DNA of 64,000 nucleotides from a virus: positions 2,427 through 66,426 of the IMG/VR virus record IMGVR_UViG_3300032307_001129. The stretch is one strand, 5' to 3'. The position numbers were made by a program, and so were the translations under genes. Each line of letters starts with the position of its first letter. Position 1 is the stretch's first letter. The notes beneath the pieces are model-generated. The model saw only the letters and a program-made list of their open reading frames with translations, searched no databases and was not told where the DNA came from. Positions 49,528 to 59,301 of this stretch are shown in pieces.

Positions 49528-49646
49528 ATACATTAAAATTATCCGAAGAAGAAAAAAATAGAATTCTTCAAAAACACAAAAATGCAATTAAAAAAGAAAA
49601 TGTGAAAAAAGAAACATTAAATAAAGGTCTACAGAAACCAAGTTAA
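49524..49646 (+). CDS. 40-aa basic peptide (absent from the ORF track)
   Basis: MNTLKLSEEEKNRILQKHKNAIKKENVKKETLNKGLQKPS; ATGA overlap with the upstream gene. Confidence 0.55.
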   Translation: MNTLKLSEEEKNRILQKHKNAIKKENVKKETLNKGLQKPS

Positions 49647-51328
49647 TGTTCCTTTCTTAAACTTCCATCATAATGGTCAAATCTATCATGTTTTATTGGT
49701 GATAATAATAAAATTGCGGTTTTAAATTTATTTTGTTTAATCATTTGAAATACATGACTCATCCATGTTTGTTCAAACGGTCTTTCCCATTTTGTTTCTA
49801 AGAATATTTTATAATTACCTTCTTTTGATACCCATAATGGCCAATTACAATAATAAATCTCACCTTCCAAATATGTTATGTCTTGATATTGTTTCATAAC
49901 ATTAAATTTTGTTTTTGGTGCATCTGGATCTAACCCTTTAACTGGAAGATGTTTTTTTTCAGGAAAAAACTCTTCTCTCACATTTTGAGGTATATTATAC
50001 CAAGACCATTGTGTCATATTGTTTCCAAAAAATTCAGAAAATGATAATTTAAGATAATCATATTGATTATCATATATAATTTTTAAAGTTTTATTGTATA
50101 ATTCATCTTTATATCTTTTAAAACCCATTCCACAAACATCATTTGTGTTCGGATGTAAAAACATATCATCTTCAAAAAATATATAATAGTCTGAATCACT
50201 TTCATTGAAATGTTCTGCAATCCATTGTCTTCCACCACATATTCCAATATTATCAAAATTATGAATTTCAAATCCATAATTTTTACATATGACACCATAT
50301 TGTTCATCAGTTGTTCTATCTGTAGAATTATTAACTAATATTTTTCTTGTTTTATTTAAAAAATTATTATCAACTTCTTCAAAAGATTTTAATAATGTTT
50401 CAAATTGATTTGGTGAATTATATGTTAACACATATAATGATGTTTTTATATCAGAAAAAGGTTTTAATCCTTTTGATGTCTTTTTTATTTTATTTTTTAT
50501 ATCTTTTAAATTTTCAAAAAATGGCCAAACTAATCCATTTCCTTCAATTTCGAAACGATGAATTAAGTCTGGATGTCTATGACATAGAATTGTAAATAAA
50601 CATTCGTCAGCCCCCATGTATCCATCATTGATTGTTGTTTCTAGTACGTTATAATATAACATATTCATTTGTGAAATTAATGATTTTTTTCCACCAAAAA
50701 ATCCACCTCTAGCAACATAATCAACAAAATCAACATTACAATAACTTGCCATTTTTCCCCTTTCAAATCCATGAATTTCGTCATTTGACGTATATGGGTA
50801 AGTTATAAAAAGAAATTTTTCATATAAGTCACAATAATAGTCTAAATTATCTAAAACTTTATCTGATGAAAAATAATGACCATTAACTGTTGTTGTTAAA
50901 CCACCATCCATCCAAAAAAAATATTCTGAATCAAAGGGGTTTGATAACATTGTATCATGAACCATAAACATTTTTGTCATCATCATGGGATTATAAAATT
51001 CTAATGCTGCTTGGGGAGATTCCGGCAACCACCCTGCAAAATTTTTCCAATCAGGATTATTTCGTATTTGTTGTATTTTTTCGAAAAATGGGTTCCAAGT
51101 TCTAAAGTCCTCTACTTCTTTAATAAAAATTTTAGTATTGTCTTTACTTCTAACACTCCAAACATCTTCTTCTAATTCTTTTGGTATCCACACAACCATA
51201 AAAGCATCTGCTTTTAATGTTTCAAGAAATTTTTCTTTATATGTACTAAAATCTCTTTTAGACCATCCTTCAATTGATCCTCTTCCAAGATCCCATAAAC
51301 CTGTTACTATTGTTACATTTCTATTCAT
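49643..51328 (-). CDS. HtrL/YibB-like domain fused to a GT-A domain
   Basis: VTIVTGLWDLGR, YFFWMDGG, GGFFGG; C-terminal YYIFFEDD. Confidence 0.7.
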   Translation of the reverse strand: MNRNVTIVTGLWDLGRGSIEGWSKRDFSTYKEKFLETLKADAFMVVWIPKELEEDVWSVRSKDNTKIFIKEVEDFRTWNPFFEKIQQIRNNPDWKNFAGWLPESPQAALEFYNPMMMTKMFMVHDTMLSNPFDSEYFFWMDGGLTTTVNGHYFSSDKVLDNLDYYCDLYEKFLFITYPYTSNDEIHGFERGKMASYCNVDFVDYVARGGFFGGKKSLISQMNMLYYNVLETTINDGYMGADECLFTILCHRHPDLIHRFEIEGNGLVWPFFENLKDIKNKIKKTSKGLKPFSDIKTSLYVLTYNSPNQFETLLKSFEEVDNNFLNKTRKILVNNSTDRTTDEQYGVICKNYGFEIHNFDNIGICGGRQWIAEHFNESDSDYYIFFEDDMFLHPNTNDVCGMGFKRYKDELYNKTLKIIYDNQYDYLKLSFSEFFGNNMTQWSWYNIPQNVREEFFPEKKHLPVKGLDPDAPKTKFNVMKQYQDITYLEGEIYYCNWPLWVSKEGNYKIFLETKWERPFEQTWMSHVFQMIKQNKFKTAILLLSPIKHDRFDHYDGSLRKEH

Positions 51329-51387
51329 ATTTTTTTTATTATAATCAAAAATTATATATTTTTTTACATCAGCAATAAATTATTATA

Positions 51388-52425
51388 TTAAGGTTTAAAA
51401 TTTAAATAACCACCTTCATGTATCCCTATTTTGTAAATTTTGTCCAAGTTATCGGACTTAACATATTCAATAAAAAAAAATTTTCTCTGACCTGGTGCAG
51501 GATCTATTAAAGAATTATTTGTACAATAAAATTCAAATTTTTCATGATTTTGTTTAATTAATTCATTTTCTATTTGATATGTTATATCTGTAGTTAGATT
51601 ACAGATATATTCGTCAGGATAACCTTCATCTATAATAAATGGTGCAGTACCATATTTAACAGATTTTAAAATTATTTTATCATTCGATTCATATTTTACT
51701 TTTTTATACCATTCTTCTTCTAAAAAAGTAAAATATGGGTTAACGTTAAAGTTATACCATTGAAAAAATTTTTTTTCACCTTCTACGTAGTCATTTAACC
51801 ATGCCTCATATGACCATCTACCCCAATATCCAACGGGTATACATCTTTTAATATACGAAGATTTTGACCACCAAAAATTACCCCAATACCAACCACCATT
51901 ATTTGTTACACCAACACAATCATTATCTTTTAATTTTTCCAAAGAATCTTCCCATTTATCTATTAAAAAATATTCTAAACATTCACGCCATCCTTTTATA
52001 TTTTTAATTTTTTCTTCACATATAATTAGCGATTCTGATTTAGGATTTTCATATATATTACTTACCCCTTTAGTATGGAAATATAGGATATTAGCGTCTT
52101 CATAAATTTCACTAATTTCTTTTACTTTATTAATTCCAGGATATTCCGAACTATTATTTGTGTTAAACACTATTTTTAATTTCATATAATCTTTAACTAA
52201 ATCTATAAATTCCTCTTCTGAATTATCTAATTTAGTTACCATAACCCAAAATTCGTCACATTTTTCATATAATCCTGAATCTTTAACTCTATTTAATTGT
52301 TCAATCACTAATTGTTTCCAATGATTAACTAAAAAACAATAATAAACAATTATAGTTTTATTATTGTTCTCATCAAATTTATCATTTGATTCATTGTTGT
52401 CTGATAAATTTATTTCTTTTTTCAT
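51388..52425 (-). CDS. glycan-pathway protein of uncertain function
   Basis: ILYFHTKG, WYWGNFWWSKSSYI; located in the glycosyltransferase cluster. Confidence 0.5.
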   Translation of the reverse strand: MKKEINLSDNNESNDKFDENNNKTIIVYYCFLVNHWKQLVIEQLNRVKDSGLYEKCDEFWVMVTKLDNSEEEFIDLVKDYMKLKIVFNTNNSSEYPGINKVKEISEIYEDANILYFHTKGVSNIYENPKSESLIICEEKIKNIKGWRECLEYFLIDKWEDSLEKLKDNDCVGVTNNGGWYWGNFWWSKSSYIKRCIPVGYWGRWSYEAWLNDYVEGEKKFFQWYNFNVNPYFTFLEEEWYKKVKYESNDKIILKSVKYGTAPFIIDEGYPDEYICNLTTDITYQIENELIKQNHEKFEFYCTNNSLIDPAPGQRKFFFIEYVKSDNLDKIYKIGIHEGGYLNFKP

Positions 52426-53210
52426 ACGTGATATTTAATTATTTCTTTTAATATTGTAATATTTGATTTTGTGTTATGTACTAATTTAACTTTTGGTATA
52501 TTTTGATATATATGTTCATCTTCTTTAAAATTACCCAAAAACCAATCATTTTCAATAGATTCTGGATGTGCTGTTGAATGTAATCTTTTATGACTTATAT
52601 TGTTTTCAAAAATAAATTTTAATAAAAATAATTCTTCAGGGTATCTACTATAAAAATGGTGATCAGGATGATATGTGTCGCTCACATAAAAATTATGTTG
52701 TTGTTCAGTAAATTCTGTTAATTGTTTCATTAATTCTGTCTTCCCACCAAAAAAATTACCCATAGTCCAATATTCATCAGTTGAATTAAAATTTAATGGT
52801 ACTCTATCTGTCACATCATTATGAACACCTTTTAAAGACGCATAAAAATAATGATGAAGTAAATAAAAATCATTATCTAAAAAATCTTCATTTATTGGGT
52901 TAACATATATTTGGTCTGTATCATGTACAAAAATATAATCATAACTATCATTAATATATTTCAAAGATAATATTTTCATGAGGCACATGTGCCAAAATCC
53001 ATTAACATTATGGTCTATATATATGTTTTTAACATTTTCAAGTTCAATATTTTTATCATTTGTAATAAAAATGAAATCAACATTCGAATCTTTAAAAAAA
53101 TATTTTTTTGCACTATCATATAAACAATCCAAAATAAATTTATTATCATCATGTATTCCTGAATGACCATTAAACGAATACCAACCAGAAATGAACGCTA
53201 TTTTTTTCAT
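52422..53210 (-). CDS. GT-A glycosyltransferase (GT6-like)
   Basis: KYFF...FIFITND, YDYIFVHDTD, GNFFGG. Confidence 0.6.
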   Translation of the reverse strand: MKKIAFISGWYSFNGHSGIHDDNKFILDCLYDSAKKYFFKDSNVDFIFITNDKNIELENVKNIYIDHNVNGFWHMCLMKILSLKYINDSYDYIFVHDTDQIYVNPINEDFLDNDFYLLHHYFYASLKGVHNDVTDRVPLNFNSTDEYWTMGNFFGGKTELMKQLTEFTEQQHNFYVSDTYHPDHHFYSRYPEELFLLKFIFENNISHKRLHSTAHPESIENDWFLGNFKEDEHIYQNIPKVKLVHNTKSNITILKEIIKYHV

Positions 53211-53923
53211 ACTTTTTTAAACATTTTTTTAATTGAATCATCATATATTTCATATGGTTTACCACCATGATTCATATGATTTTGAAATTGATGAAGTCTA
53301 AATTTGTGATTTTTAGATTCAAAATCTACATTATTATGGTATTCTTCAATACCTTCAGGTCCTGTATGTATATTTATATTTACTAATCTATCTAAAAAAA
53401 TTTTACCCCTTATAATTGATTTTCCACATGTACCGTGACCATTTTCAAATCTTTCTTCTGTTGACCATCTATGAAAATCTTGTTCATTTATTGATTTATC
53501 ATAATCAAAAGGAGGTCTAAAATTATACATTGGAAGATAAATCATATTATCTTTTAACTCGGATAACATTTTTTTTAAATTATATTCATCTAAATTTATT
53601 GGAACAATCCATTCATCAACATCAAAAATAGCTATCCAATCATATTCACTTTTTAAACTATTAAATCCATTTTTAAATGATTCTCTTTGTCTTTCTGTGG
53701 CTAAAGAACAATTATTTCCTTGATAATCCCCGATTGGTTTAGTGTTTAAATATTCTATATTATATTCTTTTTTTAATTCCTCTAAAACATCTTCGGTATT
53801 ATCTTCTGGTTGATCTAAATAAAATAAAAATTTATCAACATCATAAAAATCATAATGAAATTTAACCCATTCTTTTAATCTTTTTGATTCATTTCTAATT
53901 TGAGTTATAATAGATAAGGTCAT
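53207..53923 (-). CDS. GT92/GT2-like glycosyltransferase
   Basis: IRNESKRLKEWVKFH, DWIAIFDVDEW, KSII. Confidence 0.7.
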   Translation of the reverse strand: MTLSIITQIRNESKRLKEWVKFHYDFYDVDKFLFYLDQPEDNTEDVLEELKKEYNIEYLNTKPIGDYQGNNCSLATERQRESFKNGFNSLKSEYDWIAIFDVDEWIVPINLDEYNLKKMLSELKDNMIYLPMYNFRPPFDYDKSINEQDFHRWSTEERFENGHGTCGKSIIRGKIFLDRLVNINIHTGPEGIEEYHNNVDFESKNHKFRLHQFQNHMNHGGKPYEIYDDSIKKMFKKV

Positions 53924-53924
53924 A

Positions 53925-55196
53925 TTATTTTTTTTTAATTATTGAAGTTATACTATTCCCATTATTTAAATAATATATTTCACAAAATTCTATATTTTCT
54001 GATAGATATTTTTCTTGTTCTTCATTTAAATAATCACTTTTTATTTTATTTTTTATATTAAAATATTCCAACATTTTCAATGTTGTTGTTTTTGTCGGAT
54101 CACCCCATTGAAATATAGATTTTTCAGGCATTAAACATTCAACACTTGTATGTAAATCCTCTATTATATAAATTCCACCTGATTTTAACATTTTAAAAAG
54201 TATGGCGAATGTAATTTGTTGGTCATACATTTTATGTGACCCATCATCCAAAATAATATCGACATTTTCTATTTTATTTAAAAAATCATACAATTCTTCA
54301 GAATTAGATTGGTCACATTTAATAACTTCAATATCATCATCAACAATATCTTCTTTTAAATCGACACCATATATTTTAGCATTAGAAAAAAATCTTTTAA
54401 AAACTTTTAATGAATTTCCGTCTAATGTACCAATTTCAACTAATTTTTTTACTTCATTTTTTATTGGGAAAAACACATCTTGGTATACTTGATTAAAATA
54501 ATTATGTAAATAATGTTTATCTGTTGGATAAATTTCACCTAAGTCCATTAAACTATTAGTATCAACAATTGGTTCAATATTTAATAGTTTATAATACATT
54601 GCATCAATTGTTCTATTTCTCAAATTACCATATGAAAATGCGTGGAATATAAATTCATTACCATTGTGTGTTGATGCATTTAATTCATGATTTTCTATTA
54701 TAGAAAATTTTTCTTTTTTTTCTAATGTTTGATATAATAACCCTATACAAGTTTGGTCATGCCATAAACCCGTTTTATATTGAGGATATTCTTCACCTAT
54801 TAACCACCAATCTTCTAAAAATTTTTTACTAAATTCGTCATTTTTTACAATCATGACACCAGCATTTACTAATGATGGTCCATAATCTTTAGTCATTATA
54901 ATACTAACATTTTCTTCAATAAAGTCTTCTATTTTTTTATTATTGTTTGTTATTATTGCATCCATATCTAAAAACAACACATAATCACAATCAGGATTAT
55001 CAAGTAAAATTGATTTTATTAAATGAGGTTTGTACCAAGTAATTGATCTACCTTCTAATTTTTCGATTATTTTTTTCGTGTCAGATTCGACATAATATTC
55101 ATATCCATTTTCATTACAATATTTTTTATTTATTTCTATTGTAAATTTAGCATATGGAACATTATTTGTATAAAATTGTGTAACAATTATTTTCAT
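53925..55196 (-). CDS. GT34-like glycosyltransferase fused to class I SAM methyltransferase
   Basis: DYVLFLDMDA, NAGVMIV, HDQ; then TDK, LVEIG, IILDDGSH, GGIYIIED. Confidence 0.75.
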   Translation of the reverse strand: MKIIVTQFYTNNVPYAKFTIEINKKYCNENGYEYYVESDTKKIIEKLEGRSITWYKPHLIKSILLDNPDCDYVLFLDMDAIITNNNKKIEDFIEENVSIIMTKDYGPSLVNAGVMIVKNDEFSKKFLEDWWLIGEEYPQYKTGLWHDQTCIGLLYQTLEKKEKFSIIENHELNASTHNGNEFIFHAFSYGNLRNRTIDAMYYKLLNIEPIVDTNSLMDLGEIYPTDKHYLHNYFNQVYQDVFFPIKNEVKKLVEIGTLDGNSLKVFKRFFSNAKIYGVDLKEDIVDDDIEVIKCDQSNSEELYDFLNKIENVDIILDDGSHKMYDQQITFAILFKMLKSGGIYIIEDLHTSVECLMPEKSIFQWGDPTKTTTLKMLEYFNIKNKIKSDYLNEEQEKYLSENIEFCEIYYLNNGNSITSIIKKK

Positions 55197-55229
55197 GTAT
55201 TTTATTTATTTATTTATTTATTTATATTA

Positions 55230-56489
55230 TTAATATAAAATCCCTTCGATTTTTTCACACCATCCTTTTGATGAGGAATATGGCCATACAATCCATTTTT
55301 TCGGTGTTTTTTCGGTATTGAATGTTCTCCATACTTTATAGTAATTATCTCCGAAATCTAATTTAATACTGTTTAATTCGTTAACATCGGCATCTTGTCT
55401 ATACATAGTTTCACCTATTTCGTTTTCAAATGCTACGACCCAAAATTCATAATCTGTTTCAGGTACTTGATGTGGATATATATCTATACAGTGTTTAAAT
55501 ATTGTTAAAAAAGAATTTGAAAATTCTTCACCATATAATGGAATGTTTGGTGGGTATTTATGGTCTAACGTATCTTGTTGCACACCTCTTTTTTTAAAAG
55601 ATATTCCTGAGTATCTTTCGTAATCTTCCAATGTTCTTTCTTTTCCAAAACCATAAAACCCGAAATCAATGTCATTTATCTCACCATCCATTTCAAATAA
55701 TTTTCTATTTCTTTTGTGACATTCGATATTCCTTAAATGCCAAGATTTATCGTCATCCCATTGTTTAGCCCTACCTTTTCTAGTGTACTCGTGCCAAGCA
55801 ATTACTTTATGTGGATGAAATAAATCGTATCCATGTGTATATGCCCTAACCGCAATTGAAATCTCCTCACCATGAAAATAATAATTTGGGTCATGAGGAA
55901 CATCTTTTACAAATGAACCTAATGTAAAACAAAAATGTGCAGAATAAAATCTTGATGGAACAGGTTCGGTTCTATCTTTATAATCATCTATTGATGCTGG
56001 TAAAAAGAAAATAGCCCCTTCAGGAATAAACCTATCAAAAGTCATTTTCCAAGGTGTCTCAACTCTACCTTCAGGGTCATTATCCGGATCAAAAGAAGAT
56101 ATATAAGACGTTAATAATGGTTTTACGTGACCTTTTTCTTGTAATTGTTTAATCATTGAGATACATTCCACATCCCAATCTTGGACAAATCTATGATGTG
56201 AATCTAATTGAAGAGTATATTCTTCATTATCATAAAGTTGTTGTAACATATGTCTTGCCCAACATGCACCTTTTGATATTTTATAACTAACATCTATAAT
56301 TTTAAATCTATCGTCATTTTTGTATTCATCTAAATTATCCCAAACATCTTCATTAGAACGTTGCAATGTTATCCCAAAAACCAAATTTTCGGGATGTTTC
56401 GCTTTTTCGATACAATCTTTTATGGTTGGTTTTAATTGTGGGTCACGATATGATGCTATTTGAATAAAAATCTTACCATTTTCTAACAT
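55230..56489 (-). CDS. GT60-family polypeptide GlcNAc transferase
   Basis: IFIQIASYRDP, GACWAR, LQLDSHHRF, FHGEEI, AYTHGYDLFHP; start at MLENGK. Confidence 0.8.
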   Translation of the reverse strand: MLENGKIFIQIASYRDPQLKPTIKDCIEKAKHPENLVFGITLQRSNEDVWDNLDEYKNDDRFKIIDVSYKISKGACWARHMLQQLYDNEEYTLQLDSHHRFVQDWDVECISMIKQLQEKGHVKPLLTSYISSFDPDNDPEGRVETPWKMTFDRFIPEGAIFFLPASIDDYKDRTEPVPSRFYSAHFCFTLGSFVKDVPHDPNYYFHGEEISIAVRAYTHGYDLFHPHKVIAWHEYTRKGRAKQWDDDKSWHLRNIECHKRNRKLFEMDGEINDIDFGFYGFGKERTLEDYERYSGISFKKRGVQQDTLDHKYPPNIPLYGEEFSNSFLTIFKHCIDIYPHQVPETDYEFWVVAFENEIGETMYRQDADVNELNSIKLDFGDNYYKVWRTFNTEKTPKKWIVWPYSSSKGWCEKIEGILY

Positions 56490-56563
56490 AAATTTTTTTT
56501 TAAAAAATAAACTTTTATTTATAAATAGTAAACTTTTAATTTTTTTATTATCTTGCAAAAAAA

Positions 56564-56917
56564 TTGATTATGAAAACTAACTATCAACCAATTGTTGTGA
56601 ATAATGCAACTAAAATGTTTAAAGTTTTAGAAGAAGAAAACTTTTTTAATGAATTTGAAATTAAAGACAAACAATTTGTTTTTGATTATTTCTGTGATTT
56701 CTTTACTGAAAAATTTATTAAAGGTGAATATCAAGATACCGACATAACAATTTCATTTGATGAAATGGAAAAGTGTTTGTTAGAGATTACAATTAAAGAT
56801 ACATTATATTCGTTAACTAAAGAAGGTATTGTAAATGTTGTAGAAGACGAAAATAATGAGGAACAATTTTTTTTAACTGGTTTAGGTAAAAATATAGCAA
56901 AAAAATTGGATAATTAA
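56564..56917 (+). CDS. hypothetical protein
   Basis: 117-aa ORF; C-terminal FFLTGLG, winged-helix-like. Confidence 0.55.
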   Translation: MIMKTNYQPIVVNNATKMFKVLEEENFFNEFEIKDKQFVFDYFCDFFTEKFIKGEYQDTDITISFDEMEKCLLEITIKDTLYSLTKEGIVNVVEDENNEEQFFLTGLGKNIAKKLDN

Positions 56918-57669
56918 AGTTCAAAAGTTTTTAAAAACTCTTTTCCTGATTTTTTATAACTTTCTTTTGATTCATCTTTTGGATCTTCAGTATATTGCCA
57001 ATTCCATGAAAGTTCTTTTTTAACATCGAAACCAAAAAATGTTAATACATTTTTTTGTATATCCACAACGTCTTTACCATTCCAGTTTTGACCAACTGCA
57101 ATAATACCAGAAGAAATATCTTTTAATAAATTAGATTCACCTAATGTTGAATGTCTATTCTCTAACCATGTTAATCTTTCTATTAAATTTTGATATATGG
57201 CATTCATTTGACCCCATCTTATTGAACCGAAAAATAAAACAGTATCACTTTCAAATAAAACTTTAGTTATTTTCCATAATTCATCATCTGGATTATTAAT
57301 GTTTCTCCAACATCTATGATGACCTGTTGGATTTTTTTCATCATCCTTTAGTGATGCTTTTTTAAGTCCACATTGATTCCCATCCATATGTGAAACATTT
57401 GCTTCACATGTGTATATCTTTAAATCAGGTACCTCAATTAAAGTTACTTTGTTATTACCTAAATAAGATTGAATAGCCATTGCTAACCTTGTTGATTTAG
57501 GTTGTTCTTTTAGTTCTTTTTCCGCCCATTCACCTCTGTTAGAGGTTGTTAAAAATAAAATCTTTTCTTTCTTTTCAAGAAACTTAACCGTTTCCATTAA
57601 TTTTTTATAATGTATATTATCTTTTTTTAATGTTGGGTCAATTTCTTCAATTAGATTTAATAGTTTCAT
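56914..57669 (-). CDS. NADPH-dependent FMN reductase/flavodoxin-like protein
   Basis: ILFLTTSNR, LKIYTCE, DDELW, SDTVLFFGSIRWG, LIERL. Confidence 0.7.
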   Translation of the reverse strand: MKLLNLIEEIDPTLKKDNIHYKKLMETVKFLEKKEKILFLTTSNRGEWAEKELKEQPKSTRLAMAIQSYLGNNKVTLIEVPDLKIYTCEANVSHMDGNQCGLKKASLKDDEKNPTGHHRCWRNINNPDDELWKITKVLFESDTVLFFGSIRWGQMNAIYQNLIERLTWLENRHSTLGESNLLKDISSGIIAVGQNWNGKDVVDIQKNVLTFFGFDVKKELSWNWQYTEDPKDESKESYKKSGKEFLKTFEL

Positions 57670-57995
57670 TACTTATTTTTTTCGTCAATTTGATTTGACT
57701 TATACGACATTTTTTTATGTTCTTTAATTTTATTTTTAAGTTGTTTTATTAGACTATGTGAATTGTTTAAATTTTCAGTCACATTTTTTAATCTATTATT
57801 ACAAATTAATTTTAAACCTTCAGGCATCGAATCATTTACTTTTCTAAGTTCTTTAACTGTCTCAATAAGTTGATTTTCAAATTCTTCGATTTTATATTGT
57901 ATTTTATTATAGTCCTCTCTACGAATTTTTTTTGTTTCTTCGGAAAGGATTTCTTTTATTTTACTTCTTATTATTGCTTCGTTAATATTTGACAT
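57669..57995 (-). CDS. coiled-coil hypothetical protein
   Basis: 108-aa ORF. Confidence 0.6.
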   Translation of the reverse strand: MSNINEAIIRSKIKEILSEETKKIRREDYNKIQYKIEEFENQLIETVKELRKVNDSMPEGLKLICNNRLKNVTENLNNSHSLIKQLKNKIKEHKKMSYKSNQIDEKNK

Positions 57996-58011
57996 TGAGG
58001 TATTTTTAGAA

Positions 58012-58242
58012 TTATACTGTAAATTCTTTATCTTCAGCTTTAGTTAATTCACCATCTCTTTTCATACCTTCTTTAATGTATGTTCTAATGAGTTTAGAAA
58101 CGGTCATGTTTTTGTGGTCAGCAACTTTTTCAATCTCCCTAAAATACGCAGGCATAACTCTAAATGATAACATTTGAACTAATTGTTTTGATTTTGGAGT
58201 ATTTGGAAATTTCTCGTCTTCGTTAAAATCTTTTAAATTCAT
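58012..58242 (-). CDS. ribbon-helix-helix-like DNA-binding protein
   Basis: MLSFRV...IEKVA...MTVSKLIRTYI; start chosen at MNLKDF after the late motif. Confidence 0.6.
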   Translation of the reverse strand: MNLKDFNEDEKFPNTPKSKQLVQMLSFRVMPAYFREIEKVADHKNMTVSKLIRTYIKEGMKRDGELTKAEDKEFTV

Positions 58243-58266
58243 TTTATTAATATTTTTATATAAATA

Positions 58267-58298
58267 TTTGTTAATATACAAATATTTTCGTAGATTTG
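58267..58298 (+). promoter_or_regulatory. Bacteroidota sigma-A promoter
   Basis: TTTG(58267)-N20-TAGATTTG(58291). Confidence 0.65.
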
Positions 58299-58321
58299 GC
58301 ATAATAAAAAGATAAATCATA

Positions 58322-58675
58322 ATGGAAAAAAAAGAAACATTAAATCCGGTAGCATATTGTGAAATAACATATCCTGAAATGACATCAGAATTTAAAAAAA
58401 TAATGGAAGAACAATATATATTGTTTTGTAAAAAACAAATGAATTATGGACCCAGTAATATTTCAGGAGGTACTTCACTAAGAACTGAAGAAGATATTAA
58501 ATTCTCTTTAATGGGGTTATTTTTTAGAATGAATGATAAGGTACAAAGATTGAAACAATTGGTTGTGTTAGGTAATGACGATACTGTTGGTGAGTCTATA
58601 GATGATACGTATCAAGATCTAAGTGTATATGGTATTATTGCACAAATCGTCAAAAGACAAAAGTGGGGTCAATAG
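58322..58675 (+). CDS. DUF1599/nucleotide-modification-associated domain protein
   Basis: KKQMNYG, RMNDKVQRL, ESIDDTYQDLSVYGII. Confidence 0.75.
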   Translation: MEKKETLNPVAYCEITYPEMTSEFKKIMEEQYILFCKKQMNYGPSNISGGTSLRTEEDIKFSLMGLFFRMNDKVQRLKQLVVLGNDDTVGESIDDTYQDLSVYGIIAQIVKRQKWGQ

Positions 58676-58719
58676 TTTTTTTAAAAACTAAAATATTTAT
58701 ATAAAACGAAAGGAATATT

Positions 58720-59079
58720 ATGAAAACTAACTTAAATCATCCTACATTTTTGTTGTTCTTAGATACAGTTGTGTCTAATATTTTAACAAATATTAAAGTA
58801 GACAATTATTTTTCCTTAACAAAGGAAAAGAAAACACCTATTCAGTATTTAACTTTAAAAATTATTTCACAATTAATAAAAGTTAGAATTAAATTAACAA
58901 ATGAAGATTTATTGGAATTTATTAATATTCTAATAAAGAAAAATGAAGATTCAGAACAATATGAATTGGCAGGGATTTTAATTGATGTGGTTAATAATTT
59001 CGAATCGCTTAACGAAAAAATTACTGATGTTAAAAAAGTCAAAAGAACTATTAAAGTAGACAAAACACCAAATGAATAG
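58720..59079 (+). CDS. hypothetical protein with UVR-like motif and a strong SD leader
   Basis: EDSEQYELAGILID; leader AAACGAAAGGA. Confidence 0.6.
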   Translation: MKTNLNHPTFLLFLDTVVSNILTNIKVDNYFSLTKEKKTPIQYLTLKIISQLIKVRIKLTNEDLLEFINILIKKNEDSEQYELAGILIDVVNNFESLNEKITDVKKVKRTIKVDKTPNE

Positions 59080-59085
59080 TTGAAT

Positions 59086-59301
59086 TCACTTTGGGATGAA
59101 TTCAACTATTTCTGCAATTGGTATTAACACTAAAAATATTAATACATTACCCTCTTGATTGTTTTGTTTTAATACAATGTCACAATCTAAATAATTTTTA
59201 AGAGAATCAATTAACTCAGGTTTAATTTGATTCTCTTTTATTTTTTTACGGACATAAAAGAGATTACCTTGGTAATTTATTGTTTCTTTACAATTTATCA
59301 T
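59086..59301 (-). CDS. hypothetical protein
   Basis: 71-aa ORF coupled to the nuclease gene. Confidence 0.5.
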   Translation of the reverse strand: MINCKETINYQGNLFYVRKKIKENQIKPELIDSLKNYLDCDIVLKQNNQEGNVLIFLVLIPIAEIVEFIPK

